Assembly (NCBI GenBank): GCA_963921275.4 | Contig: OZ001293.3 | Span: 1,376,001-1,440,000 of the forward strand | Source of the DNA: an uncultured Hormoscilla sp. | GTDB taxonomy: Bacteria; Cyanobacteriota; Cyanobacteriia; Cyanobacteriales; Desertifilaceae | Direction of reading: 5' to 3' | Length of the DNA: 64,000 nucleotides | Shown here: positions 33,329 through 51,002 of the stretch, in pieces | Layout: the number at the start of each line of letters is the position of its first letter | Numbering within the stretch: position 1 is the stretch's first letter | Translations under genes and position numbers: made by a program | Notes under the pieces: model-generated | Databases searched by the model: none | Seen by the model: only the letters and a program-made list of their open reading frames with translations | Told to the model about the DNA's origin: nothing

Positions 33329-33473
33329 CCAGCTAAAGACTTGACTGACGGTAAGAGTCAAGTCCAGATCAGGAAGAACCGGAATAACTTGCTCTCCACG
33401 ACACAACACGGGCTGTTGTTGAGGCAATAAGAGCAGCGTGCGCATCTTTTCGACTTTTTTGTGCTATTTTAAA

Positions 33474-33496
33474 TTGAGAATAATAATCATTCTCAA
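33474..33496. promoter_or_regulatory. Fur-family (Fur/Zur) operator upstream of metH
   Basis: Palindrome TTGAGAAT-AATAATC-ATTCTCAA; the core GAGAATAATAATCATTCTC matches 16 of 19 positions of the Fur consensus GATAATGATAATCATTATC. Confidence 0.6.
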
Positions 33497-33761
33497 AATC
33501 ACCCTCCTCAGCCTTCCAAGCTGACTGGCTTTGGGGGGTAAAAATAAAAAAGTTGCAGGAGAAGTCCGAGACCCACTATGACCATTACGACGCCTACGCT
33601 AAGTACTGAAACTCTGAAACCTCAGTTAAATAGCTCATTTCTCCAACGGCTCCAGAGTCCAGATCGTCCAGTGATAATCTTTGATGGCACGATGGGAACT
33701 AACCTGCAATCCCAAAACTTGACCGCCGAGGATTTTGGTGGAGCGGAATATGAAGGTTGTA

Positions 33762-34596
<835 letters not shown>

Positions 34597-37152
34597 ATGA
34601 ATATTTAGTTATCACTAAGCCAGAGGCAGTGGCAAAGGTCCATCGTGATTTTCTCGCAGCGGGGGCAGATGTTGTCGAGACCGATAGCTTTGGCTCTAGC
34701 CCCTTAGTCCTCGCAGAGTACGATCTAGCCGATCGCGCCTACGAGCTAAGTAGAAAGGCGGCAGAGTTGGCGCGCAGTTGTGCGGATGAGTTGACGACTC
34801 CGGAGAAACCAAGATTTGTCGCAGGTTCCATCGGTCCAGGAACCAAGCTACCCACCCTCGGTCATATTACCTATGATGAATTGAAAGCGAGCTTCATGGT
34901 GCCTGCAGTTGGTCTCTATGACGGGGGAGCCGATCTTTTCATCGTGGAAACCTGTCAAGATGTTCTGCAAATTAAGGCGGCATTGAGTGCCTTTGAGGCG
35001 GTGTTTGCGAAAAAAGGTTCGCGACTCCCCTTAATGGTGTCCGTGACCATGGAAATCCAGGGAACCATGTTGGTGGGGACGGATATATCTGGGGTACTGG
35101 CAATTCTGGAACCCTTCCCCATTGATGTTTTGGGGCTAAATTGTGCGACAGGTCCGGATTTGATGACTGCTCATATTAAGTATCTGTCAGAAAATTCGCC
35201 GTTCCCCATTTCCTGTATTCCCAATGCGGGGCTACCAGAAAATATTGGCGGTCGGGCGCATTATAAAATGACCCCCCTAGAATTTAAAACTTCCATGTCT
35301 CAATTCATTGCGGAACATGGGGTTCAGATTGTCGGTGGTTGCTGCGGTACGCGCCCAGAACATATTAAAGCTTTAGCCGATGCTGTGGAACAGACCCCAC
35401 TAAAAGAGCGATCGGTGCGAAAAAATGCCGTGGGTGAGATTCGATCGCCTCTCTCCTATACGCCAGCAGCAGCTTCCATTTATTCCGCCCAAACCTATCA
35501 GCAGGATAATTCTTTTTTAATCGTTGGCGAGCAATTAAATGCCAGTGGTTCTAAGAAAGTCCGCAAGCTTTTGAATGAAGATGATTGGGATGGGTTATTG
35601 GCGATCGCTAAATCCCAGGTCAAAGAAGGCGCGCATATGCCCAACGTAAACGTAGATTACGTTGGGCGCGATGGAGAACGGGATATGCGAGAACTGGTAT
35701 CGACTGGTGACCAATACGACCCTCCCACTGATGCTCGACTCCACCGAGTGGACAAAAATGGAAGCGGGTCTCAAGGTCGCCGGGGGCAAATGTTTGCTCA
35801 ATTCCACCAACTATGAAGATGGGGAGGAGCGATTTTTTAAAGTGTTGCAATTGGCAAAAGAATATGGTGCAGGGGTTGTCATCGGCTGTATCGATGAAGA
35901 GGGAATGGCTCGAACCGCCCAGAAAAAATTCGAGATTGCCCAACGGGCTTATCAGGATGCGCTCAAGTTTGGGATTCCACCCCATGAAATTTTCTATGAC
36001 ACCTTAGCCCTACCGATTTCAACTGGGATTGAGGAGGATCGGGAAAATGCCAAAGCAACGATCGAATCAATTCGACTGATTCGGGAAAATCTACCCGGTG
36101 TCCATTTTATGCTGGGGGTCTCTAACATTTCTTTTGGCTTGAGTCCAGCCTCTCGCATCACCTTAAATTCGATCTTCCTGAATGAAGCGATGAAAGCTGG
36201 GATGGATGGGGCGATTGTCTCGGCTGCCAAGATTTTGCCGTTATCGAAGATTGCCGAAGAACATCAACAGGTCTGTCGCGATTTGATTTATGACAATCGC
36301 GGATTTGAAGGGAATATTTGCACTTACGATCCGTTGACGAAGCTGACGGAAATTTTTGCGGGTGTGAGTACAAAGGATGCTAGAGCGGGTTCTTCCTTAG
36401 CAGATTTGCCCATCGACCAACGCTTGAAGCAACATATTATTGATGGTGAGCGGATTGGATTGGAGGATGCGTTAAAGGTTGCTTTAGATGCAGGTCATAA
36501 AGCACTGGAGATTATCAATACTTTCTTGTTGGATGGGATGAAGGTTGTGGGCGAACTGTTTTGCTCTGGTCAAATGCAATTGCCCTTCGTGTTGCAGTCA
36601 GCCGAAACCATGAAATCTGCCGTGGCTTTCCTCGAACCCTACATGGAAAAAATCGAAGGAGAGGACGAAGATCGCGGTAAAGGGAAATTCCTGATTGCTA
36701 CCGTTAAAGGCGATGTCCATGATATCGGGAAGAATCTGGTGGATATCATCTTGACCAATAATGGCTACAAGGTCATCAATCTGGGCATTAAACAAGCCAT
36801 TGAGGCAATCGTCGAAGCCTATGAGCAGCATCAGCCTGATTGTATTGCCATGAGTGGCTTGCTGGTGAAGTCCACAGCATTTATGAAAGAAAATCTCGCA
36901 GCATTTAATGCTAAAGGCATTACAGTCCCAGTGATTTTAGGCGGTGCGGCACTCACCCCAAAATTTGTCTATGGGGATTGTCAAGAGACTTACCAAGGGC
37001 AGGTCATTTACGGTAAAGATGCTTTTGCCGATTTGACCTTTATGGATCGGCTGATGCCCGCCAAAGAGCAGCAATGCTGGGTGGATACCGAAGGCTTTAC
37101 AGGGGAATTTGCTCAGTTTAACCAAAAGGGACGCAAGGCGATTGAAGATTTA

Positions 37153-37224
37153 GATCGAGAACTCAATGGTGATGGGCAGAAATCCGATCGAGAACTCAAT
37201 GGTGATGAGCAGAAATCCGATCGA
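37153..37224 (+). repeat. 33-bp in-frame tandem duplication in the metH linker
   Basis: [24 protein letters not shown]. Confidence 0.85.
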
Positions 37225-38230
37225 CCCACTGTCATCGATACCGAACGCTCGACAGCGGTAGCGATTGATATCGAACGTCCTGCGCCGCCTTTCTGGGGGA
37301 CGAAAATTCTTCAGAGTGGGGCTCTAGAGTTAGAAGAACTGTTCTGGTACATGGATTTGCAGGCACTGTTCGCTGGCCAATGGCAATTCCGTAAACCGAA
37401 AGACCAATCTCGCGAGGAATATGATTAATTCCTGGCATCGAAGGTTTATCCGATCTTGGAAGAATGGAAGCAAAAAATTCGCACGGAACAATGGTTGGAG
37501 CCCACTCTAGTTTATGGTTATTTCCCCTGTGCAGCCATAGGCAATTCCGTTCATGTTTACGAGCCAAGTGTCATTGAGCAGGGCTTAACACCCACAACAG
37601 CAACCCCGTTTGTCACTTGGACATTCCCCCGTCAGAAATCCATGCGTCGGCTGTGCATTGCTGATTTCATCCGCCCCCTCGAACACAATCAATTTGATGT
37701 CTTGCCTATGCAGGCAGTCACTATGGAAGAAATTGCCACCCAGAAAGCACAGGAACTTTATCGAGACAACAAGTACACCGATTATCTCTATTTCCACGGG
37801 ATGGCGGTGCAGTTGGCGGAAGCCTTGGCAGAATGGAGTCATGCCAGGATTCGGCGGGAATTAGGTTATGGAGATTTAGAGCCAGATAACATTCGCGATG
37901 TATTAGCCCAAAGGTATCAGGGTTCTCGGTATAGTTTTGGCTATCCAGCTTGTCCGGTGGTCATCGATCAAGTGCCACAGTTGCAATTATTGGGATGCGA
38001 TCGCATTGGGGTATCGATCGATGAGAGCGAACAGCTTTATCCAGAGCAATCGACCACTGCGTTTGTCATCTATCATCCTGTCGCTAGATATTTTAGTGCT
38101 TAGATCGATCGGCAATGGGGTCGCGTTGAAATCCAGGCGACCTCTAATTTTTCTTGATAATTGCTAGGCATCGGCATAGCTCCTTTAGCCTAAATTTCAA
38201 CTGGATTGGCTTTCAAAATAGAGGTCTCTA

Positions 38231-38701
38231 ATGAGTGAAACAAACGATGGATCGAATTGGCATCAAGATTTTATTGCCAGTAATTTGTTGGTCATTGGCT
38301 ATAATGCTTGGGCTGGTCATCTCAGTCAGAAGCGCGGCGCGATTGTTTGTAGCACAAATTCTCCAACAGTGGGGATTGGCGGAGAATCATTCAAAACCCA
38401 TTTTGTCGGACGTTCTCGCCTTGCGCCGTTCCTGAATACCTGGTTAGCGGCTCCTGACACTGCAATTTTGCCCCATCACTTTATGATTGCTCACATCTTG
38501 GAAGTTGTCGATAATTATTCTCCAACCACAGAGGTTGTATTGTTGCTGGAGTCTTTCGATCGAGCAACGTTCTTTTACTTGAAAAACCTACCCATTACAC
38601 CACCTCAATGCTACGAGCAAGTCCGTAAGACCTGGGATGAATTCCAGCCAGGAGTTAGTGCTTGGCAAGATGAACAACTTCCAACAATCTGTCAGAACTG
38701 A
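38231..38701 (+). CDS. Hypothetical protein
   Basis: 156-aa ORF with RBS-like GAGG; no family recognised with certainty. Confidence 0.6.
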   Translation: MSETNDGSNWHQDFIASNLLVIGYNAWAGHLSQKRGAIVCSTNSPTVGIGGESFKTHFVGRSRLAPFLNTWLAAPDTAILPHHFMIAHILEVVDNYSPTTEVVLLLESFDRATFFYLKNLPITPPQCYEQVRKTWDEFQPGVSAWQDEQLPTICQN

Positions 38702-38869
38702 GATCTCGATAAACTGGGGCTGCCATTGGTCGTTAACCCCGCGAGTGCGATGCAATGTATGAATCCCGCCGCATGGAACTGCTCTTAAATCGCTGTATTC
38801 TTTACAAGCGCTCGATTTTATCTTTCAGACTTATTGACCATCCGAAGGCCCTCGCCCCGACGGTGCTCT

Positions 38870-39190
38870 CACCGGTCTGACTCAGAGCACATACCGGTCC
38901 AGAAGCTATAACAATCCCATCACCACCGGCAATCAGAGGAGTTTTTCTCGTCTTTTCACCGGCTACTTACCTCGGACCACCGGCATCAATGCTCTCTCCA
39001 ACGCCGAATTCGTGCGTTATTACCTACTAAAATCCTCGATCAAGCATGATTTCCGGCTCCGATCCAAGCCTCGCCAAGGGGTGTTCGCCGGCGATATCGC
39101 CAAGATTTACACCGCCTCGGGAACTTTTTTCGCTTTTTTTCAAAAAAAAATTATCGGTTCAAACCCTTACCCAGAAAGCATTTACGACTT
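38870..39190 (-). pseudogene. Second diverged nadC 5' remnant upstream of the rrn promoter
   Basis: Aligns with 21775-22090 (gcacataccggtccagaagcta, gcgttattacctactaa, accgcctcgggaactttttt). Confidence 0.7.
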
Positions 39191-39228
39191 TGCTCGCCAA
39201 AAAATTTTCCAAAAACTTGAAAAAGGGG

Positions 39229-39257
39229 TTGACACTGGGAAATATAGTTGTTAGATT
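39229..39257 (+). promoter_or_regulatory. rRNA operon promoter
   Basis: TTGACA-17 bp-TAGATT. Confidence 0.82.
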
Positions 39258-39435
39258 AGAGAAGTGCCTGAAAGAGAGGTCGCACTGAAGCGGCGCTCCC
39301 AAGGCAGACCGAACCTAGAAAAGAAAATAGTTTGAAAGCTAAGAAGCTTAAGTACCTCGTCAAAGAAAATTAAGTTTCCGGGGAAACCTAGGAACTATAG
39401 TAAGTCAAAGAGCCGCAAACGGCGACGTGATGATC

Positions 39436-40922
<1,487 letters not shown>

Positions 40923-41044
40923 GAGGGAGACCAACTTGCATCACACCTGTAGCAACAGTAGAATAGGGTGAGGAGGCAAGCAATCCCAGGTCGGTCGAGG
41001 TCAAAAACAGCATTAGCTTTCAAACTAGGTCAGGTTCGGTTCGG

Positions 41045-41118
41045 GGGCTATTAGCTCAGGTGGTCAGAGCGCACCCCTGATAAGGGTGAGGTCCCTGGTT
41101 CAAGTCCAGGATGGCCCA
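41045..41118 (+). tRNA. trnI: tRNA-Ile(GAT)
   Basis: GGGCTATTAGCTCAG...CTGATAA...GTTCAAGTCC...ATGGCCCA in the ITS. Confidence 0.97.
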
Positions 41119-41173
41119 GCTGAAAAAGGAAAAAGGCAAAATTCAAAATTGGCAAATTTTGAATTGAAGAAGT

Positions 41174-41246
41174 GGGGGTATAGCTCAGTTGGTAGAGCGC
41201 TGCTTTTGCAAGGCAGAAGCCAGCGGTTCGAGTCCGCTTACCTCCA
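41174..41246 (+). tRNA. trnA: tRNA-Ala(TGC)
   Basis: GGGGGTATAGCTCAG...TTTGCAA...GTTCGAGTCC...CCTCCA. Confidence 0.97.
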
Positions 41247-41406
41247 CTAACATAGGACAGGGGATCCGCTCGTCCTCAGCAAAAGAATTCAGCAACTCAT
41301 ATGCGCGTGCTCGCGAGTGAGCCTGCTGGATGTACAATCCAGTACAGAACCTTGAAAACTGCATAGCAACAAGCCAGGTAGAGAAATCTATCACAGACAT
41401 AAGCGA

Positions 41407-44291
<2,885 letters not shown>

Positions 44292-44358
44292 GGTAAAAAT
44301 GTCAGATGTGGGTTGTTGCTATGCAGTCTTGAGGGTTCCGACAGACCCAAAAAAGCAT

Positions 44359-44475
44359 TCCTGGTGCTATGGCGCGGTGGAACCACGCCGAACCATCTCG
44401 AACTCGGAGGTGAAACATCGCAGCGGCGACGATACTCTCGGGGTGACCCGACGGGAAAATAGCTCGGTGCCAGGA
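44359..44475 (+). rRNA. rrf: 5S rRNA
   Basis: TCCTGGTG...CGAACTCGGAGGTGAAAC...GCCAGGA terminal stem. Confidence 0.95.
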
Positions 44476-44488
44476 TAATTATTCAAAA

Positions 44489-44540
44489 CAGCAATCAGCT
44501 CTCTTGCGTGTTTTCAGCAGGGGGGCTGTATTGCTTTTTA
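44489..44540 (+). terminator. Intrinsic terminator of the rrn operon
   Basis: Hairpin agcaatcagctctcttgc / gcaggggggctgtattgct followed by a T-tract. Confidence 0.75.
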
Positions 44541-44635
44541 AAATTACGAACGGACAGGCGATCCGCCCGTCCTACGCAACTGACAACTGTTAAAATGAGT
44601 GACAAAGATGAAAAAATAGGAAAACTGTAGCTGCT

Positions 44636-45802
44636 ATGGGTCGTGTTGGGGTTTTACTACTAAATTTAGGGGGACCGGAGAAACTGGAGGACGTGGGTCC
44701 CTTTCTTTTCAATCTGTTCTCCGATCCGGAAATTATTCGCTTGCCGTTTCGCTGGTTGCAAAGGCCGCTGGCGTGGATGATTTCTACTATGCGAGCGAAA
44801 AAATCTCAGAAAAATTACCAGGAAATAGGTGGTGGCTCTCCCTTACGTAGAATAACAGAAGCGCAGGCGAAAGCGATCGAAGCATGTTTAGGGGTCAAAG
44901 GGGTAGAGGCAAATGTCTATGTGGGTATGCGTTACTGGCATCCTTTCACAGAGGAGGCGTTAGCCTCGATCAAGAGCGACCAGATTTCACAGCTAGTGAT
45001 TTTGCCATTGTATCCCCAATTCTCGATTAGCACCAGTGGTTCGAGCTTCCGATTGTTAGAAAAACTGTGGCAAGAGGACCCCACTCTGGAAAAGCAGATG
45101 GAATACACGGTTGTTACTTCCTGGTATCATCGTCCGGGTTACTTGCAAGCGATGGCGGATCTGATTGCTCGAGAACTCGATAGGTGCTCGCGACCTGATG
45201 AAGTGCATATTTTCTTTAGCGCCCACGGGGTGCCCCTGAGTTATGTTGAAGAGGCGGGAGACCCGTACCAGCAGGAGATCGAGGACTGCACTGCCCGGAT
45301 CGTGAAGACCCTGAATCGACCGAATGCTCATACCTTAGCATATCAGAGTCGGGTAGGACCAGTGGAATGGCTCCAACCCTATACAGAAGATGCGATCGTG
45401 GAATTGGGGTCTGAAGGGGTGAAAGATTTGCTAGTAGTTCCGATTAGCTTTGTATCAGAACATATCGAGACTTTACAGGAAATTGACATAGAGTATCGAG
45501 AGCTTGCTGAAGCATCGGGGATTGAAAACTTTCACCGGGTGCCAGCCCTGGATACCCATTCTGGGTTTATTAATGATTTAGCGGATCTAGTGGTAGAATC
45601 TCAAGAGAATCCTCCTGTGAAGCTATCCCAGGTAATGCATCCGAAGAAGAATGTAAAGATGTACCCGCAGGAGCGTTGGCAGTGGGGTATGACCACGGCG
45701 GCAGAAGTTTGGAATGGGCGTCTGGCGATGATTGGTTTTATCGCCCTGTTAGTGGAACTGATTAGTGGCAAAGGACTGCTGCATTTTGTGGGACTAATGT
45801 AA
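44636..45802 (+). CDS. hemH: Ferrochelatase with C-terminal CAB/HLIP domain
   Basis: [48 protein letters not shown]. Confidence 0.97.
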   Translation: MGRVGVLLLNLGGPEKLEDVGPFLFNLFSDPEIIRLPFRWLQRPLAWMISTMRAKKSQKNYQEIGGGSPLRRITEAQAKAIEACLGVKGVEANVYVGMRYWHPFTEEALASIKSDQISQLVILPLYPQFSISTSGSSFRLLEKLWQEDPTLEKQMEYTVVTSWYHRPGYLQAMADLIARELDRCSRPDEVHIFFSAHGVPLSYVEEAGDPYQQEIEDCTARIVKTLNRPNAHTLAYQSRVGPVEWLQPYTEDAIVELGSEGVKDLLVVPISFVSEHIETLQEIDIEYRELAEASGIENFHRVPALDTHSGFINDLADLVVESQENPPVKLSQVMHPKKNVKMYPQERWQWGMTTAAEVWNGRLAMIGFIALLVELISGKGLLHFVGLM

Positions 45803-46126
45803 TTAGGAATTTTGGAGTTGCAGAAGGGAGATCCAAAAAATAAATTACCCAATTTCTATCGCTGTACCAACTGGTGCATCTAGACTACTTAGAGGATTAT
45901 TTACTTGGACTTCCCCAAGGTCAGAATGTAGTTTGCCAATTGTTGAAACTGGAAAATGAAAAAGGTAAAAAATGTTTCATTAAACAATTAACTCAGAACA
46001 ATCAACCTTCCTCTGCCCATATTATCCCCTCCTTGTGCAACGCCGTAATTTTAAGGTAATGTGTTATGGGACAAGGATAGCACAAAAGCTTTAAGAGTCA
46101 CCAATCACATTTGGTCTAGTTAGGGA

Positions 46127-46729
46127 TTAATCGGGATTACGTTTGTGACAGCGCGGATCGCCCCGCTCGCCCCTACTACGCTGTTGTACGTACCACCGAT
46201 ACCAATCTTTAGAGCTGCGAATTGCTAGCCACAGCAGTAGTAGAGCTATTATCCCTCCTTGCTGGGGAGCATCAAAAGCAAAGAGGACTAGGGAAATGCA
46301 GAGGCCATCTTGGATCGGGATCGCCCAGGGGGGCAAACCCCTTAGTCGATAGAACCAGCCTGCTTGTACCAATTGCAGTACCAGGGCTAGCAGACCGCCC
46401 ACCAAACCAATAATCCCCATCAGCCAAGGGGTGGGGTCTTCTGTGGTTGCTTGGGCGATCGCCAAGCCCATGATCGCTCCCACGATCGGGCTAAACAAAA
46501 GCTGGATCAGAAGCAGTACACGTTGTCCCAACAGCCTTTTGGAAGCAAACAGCTCAAATAAGGACCAGCTGACTAGGAATCCCAGAACTATTTGTGGGTG
46601 GATGCTGGACAAAATCGGCACGCGGGACCAGAGACTATCCCCATGCAACAGACCAATTAACAACAGGGGCAGGGCGATTCTCATTCCTCCTGCTGCTGAG
46701 GCTGAGAGTGCGGCTAGAAGCTCAATCAT
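46127..46729 (-). CDS. DUF4126-like membrane protein
   Basis: SAAGGMRIALPLL N-terminus, multiple TM helices. Confidence 0.7.
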   Translation of the reverse strand: MIELLAALSASAAGGMRIALPLLLIGLLHGDSLWSRVPILSSIHPQIVLGFLVSWSLFELFASKRLLGQRVLLLIQLLFSPIVGAIMGLAIAQATTEDPTPWLMGIIGLVGGLLALVLQLVQAGWFYRLRGLPPWAIPIQDGLCISLVLFAFDAPQQGGIIALLLLWLAIRSSKDWYRWYVQQRSRGERGDPRCHKRNPD

Positions 46730-47073
46730 AGTGACAATTTAGCCTACTTGCTCGAGCAGCTATAGCTGCTAGCAGTAAGTTTGACATCAATCCTCCCATA
46801 GATTAATAAACAGTTTGAAGTCCAGGACTTCCTCTTCTATTATTACCGATCGCAGATTTGTGGTGACATATATTGTCTGTCCAACAGTTCCACCCCAGAC
46901 CCCGATCGCCATCCTTTCCTCAACTACATAACGGGTTATCTTAGATAATAACCTATTTTCATCTGAGTGAGATTATGCTTTAGGAAAAATTTATCATTAT
47001 GTTTTGCTGACAACAGTTGTAGCGACAAAATGTGATATAATAATTAAAATCTACTGCGAGCACCCTACTAGAT

Positions 47074-47907
47074 ATGTCCAGTCAGTCCCAAACCAAAATG
47101 CCGACGCCTGATGATGAAGCATTGAAAGCAATGAGACAACTGATTGAGGTAGTTGCCTCATTGCGATCGCCGGATGGGGGATGTCCCTGGGATTTAGCCC
47201 AAACGCCCCAAACACTGAAGCCTTACATTATTGAAGAAGCATATGAAGTCGTCCACGCGATCGAGAGTGGAGATAAAGATGCTATCTGTGAAGAATTGGG
47301 AGATTTACTTCTGCAAGTGGTACTGCAAGCTCAAATTGCTAGTGAGTACGGTCAATTTAGCATGAGTAAAATTGCCACGGGAATTGCTGAAAAGCTAATC
47401 AGACGACATCCTCATGTATTTGCAGATGTGCAAGTAAACAGTGTGGAGGAAGTCCGCCAAAACTGGGACGAAATTAAGGCAGTAGAAAAAGGTAAAACCG
47501 ATCCGAAGCATGAGTTGACCGATAAACTCAGTCGCTATGCTAGTACTCTCCCGCCGCTGATGGGGGCAATGAAAATGTCCAAAAAGGCGGCTGGTGCTGG
47601 TTTCGAGTGGGAGGATGTCAGGGGAGTGTGGGATAAGTTTGAGGAGGAATTGGCAGAATTGAAATACGCATTGAAACATGAGGATAAAGCGCGGCAACAA
47701 GCAGAGTTGGGAGATTTACTGTTTACTATAATCAATATTGCCCGTTGGCACGAATTAGATCCGTCAGCAGGTTTGCAGCTCACTAATCAGCGGTTTGTTG
47801 CTAGGTTGAGGAAGATGGAGGAGATAGCCTCACGCCCCCTTGATGATTACAGTCTGGAGGAGTTGGAAGAACTCTGGCAGCAGGCAAAAACTCAGCTAGC
47901 AGTGTAA
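47074..47907 (+). CDS. mazG: Nucleoside triphosphate pyrophosphohydrolase MazG
   Basis: GGCPWD, IEEAYEV, EELGDLLLQ, KLIRRHPHVF, second domain ELGDLLF. Confidence 0.95.
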   Translation: MSSQSQTKMPTPDDEALKAMRQLIEVVASLRSPDGGCPWDLAQTPQTLKPYIIEEAYEVVHAIESGDKDAICEELGDLLLQVVLQAQIASEYGQFSMSKIATGIAEKLIRRHPHVFADVQVNSVEEVRQNWDEIKAVEKGKTDPKHELTDKLSRYASTLPPLMGAMKMSKKAAGAGFEWEDVRGVWDKFEEELAELKYALKHEDKARQQAELGDLLFTIINIARWHELDPSAGLQLTNQRFVARLRKMEEIASRPLDDYSLEELEELWQQAKTQLAV

Positions 47908-47956
47908 TATCAGTTGTCAAAAAAATGTTATTAAAAGGATGAAGAATAAATAACTA

Positions 47957-48158
47957 GGGCTTGCTGAAAAAGGCTACAGGGCGAATCTAGACGCCACACA
48001 GCTTACTACACCGTCGGTCTATCACTCAGCTCCAAGCAGTAACCCCCCACCAAATGCTCCGATTTTGGGGACTCGGAAAGCAAAACCTTACACAAGGCAA
48101 GTAAAAAAAACGCCAAAACCCTTACCTAGTCTGATTTACAGCTTTCCTCAGCAAGCCC
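47957..48158. mobile_element. 202-bp MITE
   Basis: TIR GGGCTTGCTGA / TCAGCAAGCCC; perfect 6-bp TSD TAACTA. Confidence 0.8.
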
Positions 48159-48257
48159 TAACTATCAATTTTCAATGAAATGGGATCGCGGCTGACTGTT
48201 GGAGAAGACAGTTTTTTTGCTAAAATTTGCTTGACAAGTATATTCAGATCTAGAACT

Positions 48258-49562
48258 ATGACAGCTACTCAAGTTGCTTCTCGTTCCCTAGTAGAAATTG
48301 CCCAGCTCACCCGACAAGCGGCCCGTAAACTGGCAGTCCTTTCTACGGCAGATAAGGATCGGGCGATCGAGGCGATCGCCCTGGCCCTAGAATCATCCGC
48401 CGCCGACATCATTGCTGCCAACGTCGCCGACTGCCAAGCTGCGGCAGCTATGGACTTTCCCAAACCCCTCTATAACCGGCTGAAACTGGACGAAACTAAA
48501 CTCAAAGCCAATATTGCTGGCGTGCGAGATGTCAAACGCCTAGCAGATCCAGTGGGTGTGGTGCAAATTCATCGCGAACTGGACAGGGGACTGATCCTGA
48601 AGCGGGTTACTTGTCCTCTGGGTGTCTTAGGGATTATTTTTGAAGCCCGTCCGGAAGCAGCAATTCAAATATCTTCCCTGGCAATTAAATCTGGTAATGG
48701 TGTTATTTTTAAAGGTGGTAAAGAAGCTACTCTCTCCTGTGAAGCAATAGTAAAAGCTATCCGTCAGGGATTAGCTCAAACAGCCGTTAACCCCGACGCA
48801 GTGCAACGGCTGACCACAAGATCGGAAACTCTGGAACTCTTGAAATTAGATGCATACGTTGACTTAATTATTCCCAGAGGTTCCAATTCATTCGTGCAGT
48901 TCGTGCAGGATAATACCCGTATTCCCGTACTAGGACATGCTGAGGGTATTTGTCACCTTTATGTAGATAGAGCGGCTGATATAAAAAAGGCTGTTGCTAT
49001 TACCGTCGATGCCAAAACTCAGTATCCAGCTGCTTGTAATGCGATGGAAACTCTCCTAGTTCACCAGGACATTGCCTCAGATTTTTTGCCCCTTGCAGCT
49101 AATGCTTTGCAAGCAGAACATGTTAAATTACTAGGAGACGATCGCACTTGCAATCTGCTCGACATTGCAGCAGCGACAGCAGCAGACTGGGCAACCGAAT
49201 ACAGCGATTCGATCCTCTCGATCAAAATTGTAGATTCTCTGGCAGAGGCAATTGACCACATCAATAGCTATGGTTCTAAGCATACCGATGCCATTGTCAC
49301 AGAAGACCAAGCTGCTGCTACGACCTTTGCCAATCAGGTTGATGCTGCTGGAGTATTTCATAACTGTTCTACTCGCTTCTCTGATGGCTTCCGCTACGGC
49401 TTTGGTGCAGAGGTGGGAATTAGCACCCAACAGATGCCTCCTCGCGGTCCTGTGGGGTTAGAAGGGCTAGTAACCTATAAATATCAGATCGCGGGTGACG
49501 GTCACATTGCTGCTACCTACACGGGGGCAAATGCTAAACCTTTTACCCATAAAGATTTGTGA
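48258..49562 (+). CDS. proA: Gamma-glutamyl phosphate reductase
   Basis: [54 protein letters not shown]. Confidence 0.96.
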   Translation: MTATQVASRSLVEIAQLTRQAARKLAVLSTADKDRAIEAIALALESSAADIIAANVADCQAAAAMDFPKPLYNRLKLDETKLKANIAGVRDVKRLADPVGVVQIHRELDRGLILKRVTCPLGVLGIIFEARPEAAIQISSLAIKSGNGVIFKGGKEATLSCEAIVKAIRQGLAQTAVNPDAVQRLTTRSETLELLKLDAYVDLIIPRGSNSFVQFVQDNTRIPVLGHAEGICHLYVDRAADIKKAVAITVDAKTQYPAACNAMETLLVHQDIASDFLPLAANALQAEHVKLLGDDRTCNLLDIAAATAADWATEYSDSILSIKIVDSLAEAIDHINSYGSKHTDAIVTEDQAAATTFANQVDAAGVFHNCSTRFSDGFRYGFGAEVGISTQQMPPRGPVGLEGLVTYKYQIAGDGHIAATYTGANAKPFTHKDL

Positions 49563-49715
49563 TTCGTAGGGTGGGCGCCGCCCACCGATATCGGATTATA
49601 TTATTTAAAATATTTGTGGTTCGCAGAGTAATTAGGATGGTGTCCACCGCCCACCGATATGGAATTATATCCTGAAAAAGATTTTAAATTCGTATGGCAT
49701 CGCCCACCGATGTAG

Positions 49716-50741
49716 TTGATGTCAAAACATAAGCGAAAAATTAAGTTAGCAAGTAAAAGGGCACTGGTAAGGCTAGTAATTCTCGGTATCACGATCTCGT
49801 TTATAGTAGGAGGAGTTTGGTTCGTAATGATTAAAATGCCAGGGAAAATCTACGCTGGCGAGTTGCCACCACTGACGCCACAGGAAAAACTGTTGCAAGA
49901 GCAACTGCGCGTCTATGTTACCCAAATTGGCAACTCAGAACACAACTATGTGTTCTACGACAAGCTATTGGAAACCACTGACTTTCTGTCAAGTGAGTTG
50001 GCAGCAGCTGGCTATGAGGTAAACCGCCAGAGATATGAAGTTAATAAACAATTATTTGAGAACCTGGAAGCGGAACTTCCGGGCACGGATAAAGCTGATG
50101 AAATTATTGTTATTGGCGCTCATTATGACTCGGTAGTCGGGTCTCCAGGGGCTAATGATAACGGTACAGGGGCGGCGGCGGTATTGGCGCTGGCGAGGGC
50201 GTTTAGGCAGAAATCCACTTCCCGGACCCTGCGGTTTGTGGAGTTTGTGAATGAGGAACCGCTTTTTTTCTGGACGGAAAATATGGGCAGTCTGGTTTAT
50301 GCTAAAGGATGCCGCGACTCGGGAGACAATATTGTCGCTATGTTCAGCCTAGAAACGATGGGTTACTTCTCCGACGCGCCGGGAAGCCAAGCATACCCAT
50401 TTCCCTTAAACCTCACCTATCCCTTGACGGGAAATTTTATCGCTTTTGTCGGTAATATGGCTTCTGGTAAGCTGCTGCGCAATGCGATCGGAGCTTTCCG
50501 CCGCCATACCCAGTTTCCCTCTGAGGGTGCGGTTCTCCCTAATGCGCTTCCTGGTGTTGGCTAGTCAGACCACTGGTCGTTTTGGCAACAAGGTTATCCT
50601 GCTATCATGGTGACAGATACCGCTCCTTTCCGCTATCCTTACTACCATACCCTAGAAGATACCCCCGATCGGGTAGATTATGCTAGACTAGCACGAGTGG
50701 TGGCTGGTCTAGAGCGGGTCATCGCTGAACTAGGGTCTTAA
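49716..50741 (+). pseudogene. M28-family peptidase with premature TAG (TGG>TAG) at 50562
   Basis: GAHYDS, GANDNGTG, NEE; read-through gives G*SDHWSFWQQGYPA...YYHTLEDT. Confidence 0.88.
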
Positions 50742-51002
50742 TTTTTTCCAGCAGTAGAGAGGTGAGCTTCAGGGACGACATGAGCCCTCAAAAGCTTACT
50801 AGATAAGGCTTTGAGGCCAATAGGTTCGAACAAGATACAGTCGCATCAGTACCATCCTTTCATTTTCATGAAGCTCAAACCCTTATAACTACGTCGTCTG
50901 TCTGCCCAAAACAGCATGTATCTTGTTGAAGCTTATGGGCTGAAATTCTTACGCTCGTATGGATTTCAGCAGGCATGTCGCCCCCCCAGGAGAGGTGAGA
51001 AG

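Noticed and set aside
33330..33577. Cobalamin or SAM riboswitch upstream of metH
   Set aside because: No recognisable B12-box or S-box motifs; only the Fur-like palindrome is supported.
50764..50935. Possible MITE with aacaagataca/tgtatcttgtt inverted repeat
   Set aside because: Termini and TSD could not be defined with confidence.
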